A DNA stretch of 64,000 nucleotides, taken from NCBI GenBank assembly GCA_012295275.1, contig CM022665.1, positions 23,746,001 to 23,810,000 on the forward strand, in the 5' to 3' direction. Under the pieces are notes generated by a model. The model was not told the origin of the DNA, made no database searches, and was given only the letters and a program-made list of their open reading frames with translations. Position 1 is the first letter of the stretch. The number at the start of each line of letters is the position of its first letter. The position numbers and the translations under genes are program-made. Below are positions 14,420 through 28,344 of the stretch, piece after piece. Source of the stretch: Chrysomallon squamiferum. Its lineage: Eukaryota; Animalia; Mollusca.

Positions 14420-17400
14420 ATTATTCATTAATTAAGCCTCTGAGTGATTTGAATATGAACATGATTAATCATTAAGAAAATTTTGTTTTCTCATTCTTTT
14501 TTGTAAAATAATAATGTATATGCTTTATTTGACAAACCTCCAATAATTATATGAAAAATGGGCTAAACAATTGTTGTAACAAAATATTTAATGTGCATAT
14601 AAAACACAATTTATCTACTTCTTCCATCACACATATATAAAATACATATATCAAGGCAATTTGGATATTTTTAAAATGATTGATTGATACTGCATTACAA
14701 TAAGGTTTCTGTATATACACAAATTTTTATCTGTCAAAGCTACTGTAAAATGGATTTAACTGATATTATTTTGGATTTTAGAATAGGAAAATTGACATGT
14801 GGCAGATAATAATAATTTAAGTCATAGAACTTGTAGGTGAAACTATTTGTTCATCATAATCTATTGGGTCTCACAGCAGTTTTGTTTCTCACAGACTATT
14901 TGATGAAATTTATCTCCGAAAAATGAAACAAATGCTGACATATGTTAACACGTGTGCTTCTGTGCAATTTGGGTAATTATTGGAAAGCTTATTAAGTTGA
15001 TATTTTGATATAAATTAGGATTAATTTTTGACGTGTTAGTTAATGAATAACCTCTTTGCATAACTAATACAGTCTGTTACATCTGTTATTTCAATTTTTT
15101 TATTAATCAGCTTTAAAATTTTATTAAAAAATAAAAAATAAATAACGAGATATTTGCAAAATGTTATTTTACCAGTAGATCTCTCCCAATGCAGTTAATA
15201 TTGGCTTTATTTTACTCCTTTTTTTTTTGTGAATTAAGATTAAACAATGTAGCTGCTAATCAATATGTATAATCATTTATGTTATGACCAAACTTAACTA
15301 TAACAGATAAATCTTTGTGACTGAGAAACATAAAAATTATTGCTATGTTTAAAGTGAAAAATCTCCAAAGTCTATCACTTTTCTGCATGTTCACAATTTA
15401 TTAACAATTTACATTATAATGGTTAATTAATAGTTTTCATATTGAACTCTGATGAACAGGATAAATAAGAAATATGTTTCTCTTTTTGTTATATACACTG
15501 TATAGAGCATCCCATAAAGGCAGCTAGTCAGAAATACATGACAAATGAATGGAATGAATTTCTAACACTTTAAAGAAATATTTATTAATGTTCTGTGAAC
15601 ACATTTCTTTTAACAGTAAAATTGAACTTTTCACAAATTGTATTTTATTTTTCTGGTTTGTAAGGGTTTGAATCTCTTTTCTTTGAATAGTACATGTGTT
15701 TGGACTTCTTTTTTGTTATTATTATTATCTTTACAGTGAAACTAATATTAAATTGAAAGCTGAATCCACTACAGTGATGGCTTCTACCATTTTATAAAAT
15801 GCTGAATCAACTCATGTATGTATGTATAAGTAACTACGTATCAATCCCAGTCTAACACAAACTAAGTCATTTACAAAGCAAGTCAGTTTTCTTCATTTTT
15901 CATTTACAAAAACTGACTAGTGTTTCAAAGTGAATGACTGGTATATTATTAACACGACTGTTTTGGTAAAGAGCATGTTGTACTGAATATATATTTATAT
16001 ATAGAAAGTTATATTTATTTACACAATGAATAACACACTGTCACTGTATTGATGCATAGAACAAAACAATTTGAATGATGTTCTACATCTATGACTTGGA
16101 CATTTTACCCAAGTTTATAAAATTATAAAATTTTGTGTCAGAACCTAACTGTTGATAACTTAAATGTAAAATCCTTTGTCTACACTCCTCACATACTGTT
16201 CCAATAATGAGTAAATTTCAGTGGCAGAGAAGGTATTTTGGCTTAGAATAGAGAAATACTTAGTCTAATAAATAAATAAAAAATTAAACAATAAAAATAC
16301 CTTCATTTCAGAGAACAGTACAGATAACTTAAAAAGCATAATGTGCAAATCAGTTAGTCATTTTGCCTTTTTATCAAATTTGTTTTGAAACTTTAATTAT
16401 GTTACAGTGTTAGTAAAGTGTTAGTAAAGTCAAACTAAAAATTAGAAAAAGCAAAAGTAAGGAAACAAAATTGACAGCAGATATTAAAAACAAAAGAAAA
16501 TGTATTAATTATATAAAAAAAAACACAAATAACTGAAACAGGTTAAACTTTTTTTTATTATTGTAAACTGTTAAGTAAAGTTTTTAATTTACAAACTAAA
16601 CAAACAGCAAAACATTAAAAAGAAGAAGAGAAGTAAAAAATAAAAAAATAAAATACTTCATTGAGGATCCCTTATCCAAAATTCAGAAATACAAAATTTG
16701 TAACATTTAATGAACAGCAGAAATAGTGATATCTTACAGTTTTTGGATTGTTTTTCATATACAAACTTTATTTTATTCACCATATTATTAAAATTATCAA
16801 ATAAAAAATACTGCAGATTATTCATACAAGCTGTATGTGAAATATAACTGGAATTCATATTTAGACTTGGATCCTATGTTCAAATCTGAAAATATTCTGG
16901 TACCCAAAACATGGCCAATCTCATGTATTTTGAATAAGCGATTCACAATGAGTATAAGAACACATTTATTTTTATTATTTTCTTTTTTCTTCTTCTTTTT
17001 TTTCAGTTTAAGAAATAATATATTTCAGTTAATAAACTGTTTAGTGAAGAAAAGAAAAGAAAGAAATAAAAAAAAGATGAGGATAAAACAAAATCTCTCA
17101 GAAAAGCTGTTAGTATCAACAATGACACATGCTAACTGCCAACACACAGAGTTCACTGAAAAAACAAAATTAAATGACCAAACTAACAATCTTTGACTTC
17201 CAGATGAAGTTATCCTCATTCACCACGAACCTGTTTAAAATGCTTTAAGTGTGCACATAATTAAATGTTAATGAACTTCTAAAATTAGTTATTCTAGAGC
17301 AGAATAAATAAAAATAAAATCATTATTCTTATGCAAGCAATTAGTGTTATCATTTCTATATTTTTTGTCTAATAGTGAATTATCTTATTAACCTGAGGTC

Positions 17401-17782
17401 ACTGTTAATGCCAGTGACATTAACATTTAAATAACTTTAAACTTAAAACAAAAACATATCCAGATATTTTAATTACAAATTTATTCTTTCTGACAGAACT
17501 CTGTGCACACTGAAATATTAAATAAGAAATTTAAAAACACATCCAAACATTTATTTACACTAAATTACCTGAACTGGCCTGCAGTTGTCACTCAGAAGAG
17601 TGAATTGTGGATTTTGCCAAGCTTGGAAAAGAACTTCCATGTTGCAAATCTGTTCCTATTTGAAAAATAAGTAAACAAGCAAAATGAATGAATATTTGTA
17701 CGTTTAACAACATCTCAGCAAATTTTACATCAACTGTTTGATGTCATGCAGACTACGTTAATAAAACTGTTTATAAATCAGA

Positions 17783-17823
<41 letters not shown>

Positions 17824-18140
17824 TTATAAGAATGCTTAATAACACCTCATTACATTTTAGAGTTATCAGGACTTGTTTGTGTTGGTGAGAGAAAGTGTAA
17901 CAGTGAATGTTTTTCACTGGAGCAAACAAAATTAAATTTATCTAACGGAGAAACTGATCCGAGACAGAAAAAAAGTATTATTTTATCACAACAACACTAA
18001 CCATGCCACCGTTTGTCTGAGGACATTCCCCTAGTCCCTTTCCTTTGTTTACATCACTGTTTCTGCATGATGTCTCAACCAAATGTACAGTAAAATAGTA
18101 TTTCATTCCAGCTACAACCTGAAATAATCACAAAACAATG

Positions 18141-18175
<35 letters not shown>

Positions 18176-21100
18176 ATAGTGAAATATTTTATAAACTTGA
18201 AATTTATAGAAAAATAAATTGGTAGGTGTTCATTTTTCAGAACGAATTCTATTTTCATGTAACAAGCTGACTCGTTTGTGTTCTAATATAAATACAAACA
18301 AGAAAATAAATAAAATTTTACAAATATTTTATCTAAATATATTATGAATAAAATGACATATCATTTCAAATATTATATTTTTATTTGCTTTGTTTTAAAA
18401 ATTCAAAATGAGAAACATTAATAAGAAATGAATAAATTATTATTTTGAAAAACAAAAAAAAAACAAAAAAACACATGTTTTGATGTAATACCTGGTGATG
18501 AACATTGCTAACTGAATTGGCAGCTAATCGGAACAACGAATTGGACTTCGCATTAACTTCATCAACTGCAAATGCAACAGCTTTCTGGACTTCTTTAGTA
18601 AGGTGACCTGGTTCAACACCACCAAGAACATTTCTAACTTGTCGCTTCCTAGAAGCAGAACAACGCTTTTCAAGCAGGACATAACTGTCCAACCAGACCT
18701 GTGTCCAAAGCACAAGATGACATCTCTCTTGCTGAAAATGAAACAAAATTTATTTTATCTTTTACTTCAGAATAATTTCACTTGAATTCAAATAAATATA
18801 AAGGTAAAGGTAACTTAATTCCATGTAAAATTTAAACACAACAAAGCCAGACTTTAAATAAGGTTTAATTTTAATTTAATTAACATTATTGGGATGATTT
18901 TGGTTAGTTTTGGTTTCTGTTTTTTTTTTTTGTTGTTGTTGTTTTGTTTGTTTTTTGGGGTGGGAGGAAGTAAGGTTGTTTTTAAAGTTTTAATTTTTAT
19001 TCACATAGAATTACACAAAATAATACACTTGATGAATTAGTTTAATTATTTTATTGTTAAGAGCAGTGCATATTGTCTTCTGGTATATATACTATACCCT
19101 AATAATTGTCTGAAACCCAGATGATCAGTCAGTTAGAATGTAAGAATAACAATCATGAAACATTTCATATTCAACTTCTAATATCTTGATAGAAGCAGTA
19201 ACTTACCACATTCTCATTATGAACTACCAGATCAAAGAAGTACTTTATGCCAGATACAACCTGTAAAATAAATTTTAAGATTAGTTCAGACAGTAGCCCT
19301 TTGAAAATGTATTAATATTTATCTTCATCTAAATCCATAATTATATAAGACATACAAAAACATTTGTTTTGAAACCTTAAGCAACAGAAATACAGACATC
19401 ACTAATATGTAATTTACCATATATATTATGGAGTGACAAATTATTTTGTTTATTTTATCATGCAATTGTTACAAAATTTTTTTTTTTTAATAATAATAAT
19501 AATAATAAAAGGAAGAAAGGAAAAAAGAAAAAGGAAAATAAAGAAAATTGCAGTGGTTATGGATGCAGGTACAGCTATATGCCTCTGCCACATGTAATTA
19601 TCTTTCAGTGCTGTAAAATGATTTTTTGAAACCAAAATAAAAATATACCCTTTCCACAAAGGACAAAGTTAAAGCAAATTAATAATAATTCATTCATTTA
19701 CTAACCATTCAGATGAAACGGCTGAACAGAAAAACTGTGATTAAAATGTTTATCACCAATAACAACTTTAATGCATTAAATAATGATTAGCTTTAGTACA
19801 TTACAGAAATGATATATCATCTTCACCAAAACCAAAAATATTTGTAATTTGTATTTGTAATTTTTGAGAAGAAATACTATGAAAAAGACAATAAACGACT
19901 TGTTCTTTCGGTATATGTTAAAAACACACACAAAATAATTATGATAATTTTCTTTCATTGATCTTTAATCCTAATATTACTAGATACTAATGAATCCTTG
20001 AAATAAAAATAGATATGACCAGAGTTTCTATTTCCCTACCAATACTTCATTCTTATTTTTTTTTTCATTTTTTTTTTTTTTCCCCTTAAAGGTTCAATCC
20101 ACTTAATGACAATTACACTTTTATGAAATGCTGAAAATAAGCCACTAAGGTTAATTAATGATCTGCGCCTGTGATATTTAATGCACATTTATTAAACATT
20201 AAACAAAGGACAACATTATTTTTAACTGTCAAGTTCTTTGGAAAACAAAATATTAATTACTTCCTTTGTAACTAAACAACTGTTTTTAATTTTTCAGTCT
20301 GTTTTCAGTAACTGTTCCAAAAACAATCCTAACCCTCAGAATATAGAGTCTTCAATAGTTTATTATTCATGATCAACATGCTGTTACTAACTGCAACTGT
20401 TTTATATTGTACTGGGGTTTTCTTTAATGATCTTATCTGTATAGTAATGACCAATACAAAATTAACAGTTAATTAGACAAAAAAATAAAAAATAAAAATA
20501 ATAACCATAGCATCATTAATTTTGTCTTTCCTTGTTACTTGCTCTGTATTATATACTAGGTCACTGATTAGATTAAATTTCTTAAAATCAACTGGCTTTC
20601 ACATACACAAACGTCAGTATTTTCATAGATGGCCTGCTGCATTATAAAACAGCACAACATACAAAGACATCAAAAAACTTAGTCACCAGCCTTGTGGAAA
20701 TAAACATAAATTGTTGGTATCAGCACATCAATAAATGATTTTTTTTTCTGATTTCCAAATTCAATTCCCTGACCTTAAGTGTGAACCCTGTGAAGATACA
20801 GAAGTGATTATGACACTGAATAAACTATGGATTTAAAATAGTAACCTATATTGTGATAACAAGGTTACAAAGGTAATCCTTGTGATGATGATGTAACTAT
20901 GTGTATTTGTGTTTGTTCTACAGTGAAATCAAGATAGTGTATCAGACAGAATTTCATGATGTGCAGCTTTGTTTTAATTCAAATGAAACCGATTCAAAAA
21001 TGTATCCGATATGGAAAAATTAGTGAATTTACTACAAAACCATTTCCTGTTAACATAAAATAATAGTTAATATAATAATAATAATAATGAAACAATAATA

Positions 21101-21695
21101 TACTTTTATATATAAAGAAAAATATAAAATTTACTTTATTAAGTAGTGAAATTGCTCATGGAATAGTACATTAATCATCTGATGATACAAATTTATTTTA
21201 TCAATGTTTTTTAACACTAAGTATTTAAAAAAAACGTTGAATGAACACTACCTAAGTAAGCTGAAGGTCATGTTTAAATAAAACAACTAGTTACGTTATT
21301 TCAAATAATTGGGAAATAATATAAAAAAATAAAAATAATAACAATAAAATGAATAATTATTATAATATCTGTCAGTAAAATTAATTAACGTTACTAACAG
21401 TGTGAGTAACAACTTTTATCTCAGTTAATAATTCTCAATATTAATATGTACATATTTTTTTTTTGCAGTGTTTTAATCACGTTACATATTAAATTTAAAA
21501 ACATACTTGTGTTTTTGCTCTCTGTATGGTGACCAACTCTCTGTTAGTGTTCTCTTCTGAATTCAACACTGTCACTGCAATCTGAGCCATTTTCCGTATG
21601 TCTTTGCTTTGGACATTAGCGTTTACCGGCCCACCTACGAGTCCTCCCAAACCAAAAACTGTTGGTAAAAACACCAACAAAATTAAAATATTCAT
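5628..21695 (-). CDS. CTSF: Cathepsin F-like papain (C1A) cysteine protease with two N-terminal cystatin domains, 15 coding exons, 584 aa
   Basis: Exons 5'->3', all GT-AG and phase-consistent: 21695-21507, 19260-19207, 18731-18492, 18118-18002, 17655-17569, 13360-13147, 12388-12275, 11953-11802, 11493-11397, 8901-8821, 7923-7804, 7336-7272, 6978-6888, 6493-6435, 5702-5628 (1755 nt). Motifs: signal peptide [15 protein letters not shown]; cystatin QVVSG and QVVAG; ERFNAQ-type propeptide [20 protein letters not shown] followed by [16 protein letters not shown]; [25 protein letters not shown] (catalytic Cys); [11 protein letters not shown] (His); YWIIKNSWG (Asn). Confidence 0.95.
6624..6755. repeat. 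Compound (CT)n(CA)n microsatellite
   Basis: Directly visible in the sequence. Confidence 0.95.
12912..13125. repeat. Imperfect (GTA/GCA/ACA)n trinucleotide microsatellite in cathepsin F intron 6
   Basis: About 210 nt of gtagtagca-type triplets. It accounts for the poly-Thr and poly-Val ORF artefacts. Confidence 0.9.
13985..14240 (-). mobile_element. Highly decayed SINE copy in cathepsin F intron 5
   Basis: GC-richer patch with remnants GAGGAAGCTTGCTGCCAC and AACTAGTCACTGGGCAC. Similar remnants occur at 3066-3320. Confidence 0.3.
14330..14430. repeat. (ATT/GTT)n microsatellite
   Basis: Directly visible in the sequence. Confidence 0.9.
17216..17230 (-). CDS. Candidate alternative terminal exon of cathepsin F (VRGE-stop), giving a 233-aa cystatin-only isoform
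   Basis: Minus strand reads ttttaaacag|GTT CGT GGT GAA TGA, about 340 nt after the phase-0 donor of exon 5. AATAAA-like signals lie downstream near 16980-16965. The same exon is present in the duplicate at 35309-35323. Confidence 0.5.
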   Translation of the reverse strand, partial: VRGE

Positions 21696-21751
21696 CTTTC
21701 CTCTTGTTAGTACCAACTGTTTGGCAAATGAAACACGGAAGCTACTCCATT

Positions 21752-21832
21752 TATTTATAGTCGATTTCGCATGACCCACAATAATAATAAACCAATGATT
21801 GGATAAGCGCAAATATGGTGACGCGCATGCGC
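21752..21832 (-). promoter_or_regulatory. Cathepsin F proximal promoter
   Basis: TATAAATA (21759-21752), dyad CCAATCATTGG (21802-21792) and NRF1-like GCGCATGCGC (21823-21832), all just upstream of the ATG at 21695. Confidence 0.55.
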
Positions 21833-22418
21833 ATTTCTTTCGATTGCGTTATTGTCTTATCTTAACTACAGGTTGGGTTTAAAGATAAAAAAAACAACAA
21901 CTACAGGTTGGGTTCAAACACGATTTTGGTGTCTCTTGATCTGATATAGAGCTTATATTATATAGGGAACACAGAGAAAAAAAATAGTGCCTCGATATGA
22001 AATCACAGTAGTTTACAGGAGTAGAATACACTTAACATTCAGAAAAATATGACAATGTTAGAATTTTTAATCCTCCACAAAATACCAAATCATCAGAAGT
22101 GTTCTACATGATAATAATATTATTTAAATAAATATCAGTATTGTGCGCAAATGTCTAGAATCTTGCTTGAATTATCAGTGATGAAATAACAGTAAATGAA
22201 AGTATAGAAGATTTAAATCTATTAGCTATCAGAGATGCCAACTTAACTCAAGTGTAATGCTTTTTCTGAGTACTGTTGTCAACGAATTACCCTTTTTGTC
22301 ATGAAAGGAATAATCCTCCAACGAAAGTTTGGAGAGCGTCTTCTATTGTTTGTTTTAAATCTTAGGAACGTGTATGTCTTTATTTTTCTCATTTTATCGT
22401 TTAAATAGCTGTTATTTA

Positions 22419-22450
<32 letters not shown>

Positions 22451-23162
22451 TTATTATTTGTAATGATCATTACTATTTGCATTGGCCATTTTGAGAAAAT
22501 GACTACACTGATCTTAAAAATTAAATATCAGCCAAGTGCAGAGAAGTATTTTACGCTTTAATGTCTACAAAGTAAAATACATGCGCCAGTAACAAATGCA
22601 TTTCTCACTATCATAAAATCGCTATAATTTTTCCTATGTTATTAATCGTTAAATATATATATGAAAAACAAAATGAAAAAAAAAAAAACACTGCTTTTCA
22701 TAAAATCATACACAATAGTTTAAAAATGCACAGACTTCAAGCATTTAACATGTAGATGCTGCCAGTGTATTACATATTCGGAAAAAAGCTTTTTCCATTC
22801 ATTTCCTTCAACTTGATTAATTTTTATTTTTTTGTGTCAGGAGAATTTTTATTTTTATTTAATTACTTTTTTTTAAATGAAAACCTGTACAATAATTCAC
22901 AGACTCATAAGAAGATGATACGCTGTCATGTTTGCGTGAAATGGCACAATTCTTAGCAAAAACTAAAATAAAATTGAAAAAATCGCTTGGATCAAAACAA
23001 AGACAAACAGTGCATAGGAAAGAGGAAAAGTTGCTATTTATTGTGGTACACATTACGTGCTCCTTGTATCAAAAACAGTATTTGTCCCGAACTGAGCAAA
23101 TCTTGCAATTTTCAGCTGATTCAGGTCTTGTCGGCAGCTGCTCAGCGAGGGCTGCAGTACAA

Positions 23163-23366
23163 AAGGCGTCGACAATCCTTGCCCCGCGAAGGATTTTAGT
23201 CCGGCCCGCCAACTGAACACCTGGACCCCAATTATTACATTAACTTCTTTTCTTTTTTTCTTTTTTTCCCATAAACCTGCAGGCCAAAGCAGCCTTGTTT
23301 CCTAGCATCATTTTTTTGGTGCTCAATACTGAAGAAAAAAGACAGAGAGAGAGAGAGATCGGTTTT

Positions 23367-23413
<47 letters not shown>

Positions 23414-23482
23414 GTTTGATATCGTGGCCCTCCTCCAAAACACTGCATAGCTCCCCTCTCTCCAAAAGGTTGCCGACCCCTC
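23163..23482. mobile_element. Degenerate hAT/Charlie-like MITE
   Basis: Right end AAAAGGTTGCCGACCCCT, decayed left end AAGGCGTCGACAA, and an internal CCGGCCCGC motif typical of such elements. No recognisable TSD. Confidence 0.5.
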
Positions 23483-24235
23483 CTCTATAATATATCAGTC
23501 CGGCCTCATATGACAGAAATGGTGGTTGCGAGTCACCAACAAACTTCATCCTCATGACAGTAGCTGTCTCCTACAAACAGATCTGACTACTGCCAGAGAT
23601 GAGTGGTTATCATTATTCGGCATGTTTCTCGTAAACACAGCTACCACTCTGCGATCATTGCTAAGCTTTACACTGAACTTGTGTGACGTCACACCTCTTT
23701 TCATAAAATTTGGTAATTTGTTGATGATTTTTCAGTGAAGAACAAAACGTACCATCAGTTATTGTTAATATAAGAAAACACGTGGGCTTCATCTGTATAA
23801 ATAAAAGCGAATGTGTGTTTTTCAGTATTTGCCTATGTTTGCAAAAATATTCTGACTAAAACGTCTTAAACGACGATGAAGATGACGTTGGTTTTGACAC
23901 AGCATCCACATCGACGGTGTTCATCACCTGGACCTCGGCCATCCAAAAACTTTCGTTAATCAGCTTATGTTGATTTAACAACTTAACCTGTTTCGTTAAA
24001 TGATGTCATTATTATGTCGTTATGCAAATAATACTGTTGCATTCAACAAAGACAAAATCTATCTTAATCCTACTCTCACAGTCAGCTCTATGCTAGATGC
24101 TGAAGAGGTGATAATGGAAGCATTTTTTTTTTTATGCAAGAATATTGTTGCCTTACAGTGATTTCATATTGACTGTGATTGTTATATTTTGAAACTTTTA
24201 TTGTTTACTTATTAAATTCATTTTTTTTTTCATCA

Positions 24236-24290
<55 letters not shown>

Positions 24291-25294
24291 CTTAGTCATA
24301 GGAATAGCAGGCTCAAATAGTGCGGCTTTTAAGCTTGTATACATTTAAAAAGTTATATGGGAAGTACAAAGCAAAAGATAAAAATAATTTTCATGATCCT
24401 TGCTGTTTAGCAGTTATTATACAGCAGTACCATAGATTAATAATATCCTTGAATATAGGTGTAAGGGAGATAATTAGGTTTCAACTATGAAAACCAAAGC
24501 GTTTGAAATAATCTAATCATAACTTATTATAAATCATCTAGTACACAGACAGGGAAAATAGGCAAGTGTTACGAATTTTTGTTTTATTGCTGGTTCAGAT
24601 TTTTTTTAAATAACCCAGTATCATATCGACCAATGTTCCTTTATCATTTACAAGTATTTGTACGCGTGACAGGCAGTCCACTAAGCAAGTGAAAAGGAAA
24701 TTTGATAGTTGGTTTTTAACGAAATGAGGCCAGTGGAGCCTTATTTTAAGGCTTAATACTGTCGCATTATTTTATTATTTATTTTATTCTTTTTTTTTTT
24801 TTCTTTTTTTTTCTCCAGTTTATGTTCATATGTTATGAACTACGTCTATCACTGTTGCAAGTGTTTTACGGTGTATTTCATCAGTATTCTAGTAGTGTTA
24901 CTAGTCTTTTAAAAAACAAGGAACATTGCTGACTATAACTGGCGATTGTATCACAGGCTGATAATTATGATCAGTAATATAAATATGAGAATGAAAAATT
25001 GGTTGATCTGACATGCAGAACTGAACTTAGAATAGTTAATTTTTGTTTTCTTTTTTAAAGTAGCATAAAAAATAAGAAGAACAAGAACAAATAAAATTAT
25101 AGCAAAATACTGAGGATAGACCTAAACTGCAAGATAACTGAAGAAGACGTTGAAAACCAAAATCTGGTTATCCACACTTAAGAGGTCTGATCGACCGACC
25201 CAGCTATCTAAAGCGTGTACGTTGATACTTGATTATTGACAATAACAATCAAGACTATAATTAATTATTTATGTGCTGAACTTGCTAGCCCATT

Positions 25295-25341
<47 letters not shown>

Positions 25342-25862
25342 TAATACATAAATAAATAATTTTTCCAAAAATAAAATAATTTCAGTAATACACGATAGAC
25401 TGCTATCCTACGAACAAAATCCATTTTAATTGTGAACTTGATTACCAAAATAATAATTAAAATGGATTTTAACCATAGGATAACAGTCTATCGTGTATCA
25501 ATGAAATTATTTTATTTTAGGAAAAATTATTTATTTATTTATTTATTTATTATTATTAAAAATGCAAATATAAATATATGCATACATCTTAATACACATA
25601 TAAATACTGATTTACAGTGAACGGACGATATCCACTTTACAGTCATCACCGACAGACGTAAAATGTCAAACCACGTTTAAGATAATTTTAAAGCAAAATT
25701 ATTAACTATAAATATTTTACTTGAAACACGGTGCACATTACGAAAAATAAATTTTATTGCGCAAAGCCTTCGGGGCTACAAGGTAAATGCGGCCTGTGAT
25801 TAATTACCTTTCACAAAATTCATCTCAAATAAAAAATAATAAAAAATAAAAATAAATAAATA

Positions 25863-25905
<43 letters not shown>

Positions 25906-26029
25906 CAATAATAAATAGCGTAAAGATAACAAAGAAGAAAAAAGAAAGAAAGAATGAAGGAAAGAAATTTGTCATAATGATGATATGAGGAAACCACTGT
26001 TGACAGTTTATGGATTATCTTAATTTCTA

Positions 26030-26150
26030 GCAGTAAAGAATATTTTATCTCTATCCTCCCTATGTCAGGAACGAGAAGTAACTCAAGTGATCCAGCGGAA
26101 AGGATGGATCCTGCGACCAACCACTCTACGAAAACTCGCAAACGCCTTTC
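26030..26150 (-). mobile_element. Decayed SINE 5' part (tRNA-like head)
   Basis: Minus strand GTGGTTGGTCGCAGGATCCATCC...CTTCTCGTTCC contains a B-box-like sequence. Recognised from memory only. Confidence 0.35.
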
Positions 26151-28071
26151 ATTATTTTATATAATAACATACGAAACATAGAAATGAGATTTAGAAAATC
26201 ACTGCAAAGTAGCCTTATCAGTTAAATTCTCTTTTATTTTTGTTATTTTGTTGTTGTTGTTTGTTTGTTTTGGTTTTTTCACCTTCCTATTTATATAATG
26301 ATATCACAATAAAATGTGAAATATCAGTCTCTATACACCCTTACTAAATTGTTATATTACTATTGAACTTTATTTTTAACAAAGGTTGATCGTATCTAAT
26401 AACTATTAAGAAATCATTTGAAAGTGCACAGAATGTATTCAGGCAATTTATTCGTATCAACAAAAGTAGACCGTAACATTTAGCTTTTAACTACCTCGTC
26501 AGTCATGACGACAGCATGCACTCAAGTTGTGACAACAGACGAAATGTCTTAGGGTAAGGTACTGTCTGCAGTTTTAAAGACATCATCTTTGGGCGCACAT
26601 TCGTCAGAGATGAGTCTGGTGATATTTATTTAAACTGCTCAATAAGGGTAAAATGAAGTATTTCGTCACACTAACACACACAGACAAAGTAAATGTTTTA
26701 GAAATGTCTGTAATTTTATTGCTGTTGTAATAGTGCCATGCATGTTTATTATGATGGTGGAGCTACAGCTGTTGTAGAAAAGAGCATCAAATGAGTTATA
26801 GCGTACAAACCAGAGATGGATGCACGTGTATATGTATGTGTGGTTAGGTGCATGTATCTGTGTGTCTATGCATGCAAGTATGTCAATATGTGCGAATTAA
26901 TGTATCACTGGCCTTAAGTGCGTTAAACCTTTGTAATTCGTTTCCTTTTCATTAGTTAATTATATTTTAAATAGCCTGTGAGCGAAGAAAACAAATTAAG
27001 TCTGAGTTCATATTAACATTCACGACAGTGTAGAAATCTGATACTACCAAAACCTGTAAACCTTCTTTTGATTTATAGTTTAATATGATGAACTGACATA
27101 ACAAACTGCAATCCTGTTTACATCGATAGTAATTAGGTTGGTGTCAAAATACAGAAACATGTTTATGAATATTTCGTTGTCAGGACTTGCTATATTACTG
27201 TACAATTACAAACAATTTATTTATTTTATTTTATTTTATTTTATTTTATTTTATTTTATTTTATTTTATTTTATTTTATTTATTCGCTTGCTTGCTTGCT
27301 TGCTTACTCGTTTGTTCGTTTGTTTCTTTATTACCTTTATTTATTTTTATATTTTTTTATGTATATGTGGCAAGGTATTACATAATATCATTTTCATTAT
27401 TTATTTCATTAACTCTATTTTTAAATAATAAGAAAATTACTGAAGAAAAATAATTTTTGAAATAGAATAATACCAATTTTCATTTTTAGGGCTTATAAAA
27501 GCTTAAAAAAAATTTTAAAAAAATAAGGTACATGTAGTCGGAAAAGTAGTTTAGAAAATAATCCTGACGTGGTAACAGTTTCTTGTGTACGTAACATCTG
27601 ATTATTATTATTTTATTTATTATTATTATATACTGTATTATTTATTTATTTATAAACAGTATTAACTACAGCTGTTGTGATTTGTTTAGTTATGATCTTT
27701 ATCTAACAAAAAATTTTTTTTTTTTAAAAAAATGAAATACGTGCAGTTATTTATATATCAATATGTACAATCTGTTTAATACATATTTAAATGAGATTAA
27801 CATTTCTGATATTAAACATTTTACTAAACTAAATCTAAAACATAGAAATATTTTCATATAATTGTTAAATACTGACTTAAACCAGTAAATGGTTATGTCT
27901 TAATGAACACAATATTGAATGAAATACGTAAACTGCTAATAAAAATTATAAGACATGCATATTTCAAGGGTAAAAGTGCGTTCGGTTATTTGCTAATGTT
28001 AAATCTATCATCGCTTCTTCAACAATGAAATCGGTGTTGGCTTCTCTCTTACATTTAGTTTTTCATGAATG

Positions 28072-28140
28072 TTCCTGTCTGTGGGAAGGTGCATATAAAA
28101 ATGAATGTGCATGCTAATAGAAAAATGTAGGCGGTTTCGC
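28072..28140 (+). mobile_element. Central fragment of a tRNA-derived SINE
   Basis: CCTGTCTGTGGGAAGGTGCATATAAAA...TGCTAATAGAAAAATGTAG resembles the central domain of gastropod SINEs as I recall them. Not verified by search. Confidence 0.4.
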
Positions 28141-28304
28141 GTGACGTGTATAATATTATGTATAAGCGTTAATGCAGTTTGTGTATGAAGAGCCAACGAC
28201 AGAAAATTAGTTAACAGTTTCTAATAATTTGAAACAAAACAAAATTGTACGTCGAATGAAGACGAACTTCCCGGACGTTGAGTCTTCCGAAGGTGTAAAT
28301 CATC

Positions 28305-28344
<40 letters not shown>

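Noticed and set aside
17025-17219. Duplicated [21 protein letters not shown] (also at 35320)
   Set aside because: It is shared only because of the near-identical tract, and the two copies change frame at a poly-T run. It is better read as 3' UTR or intron following the VRGE stop.
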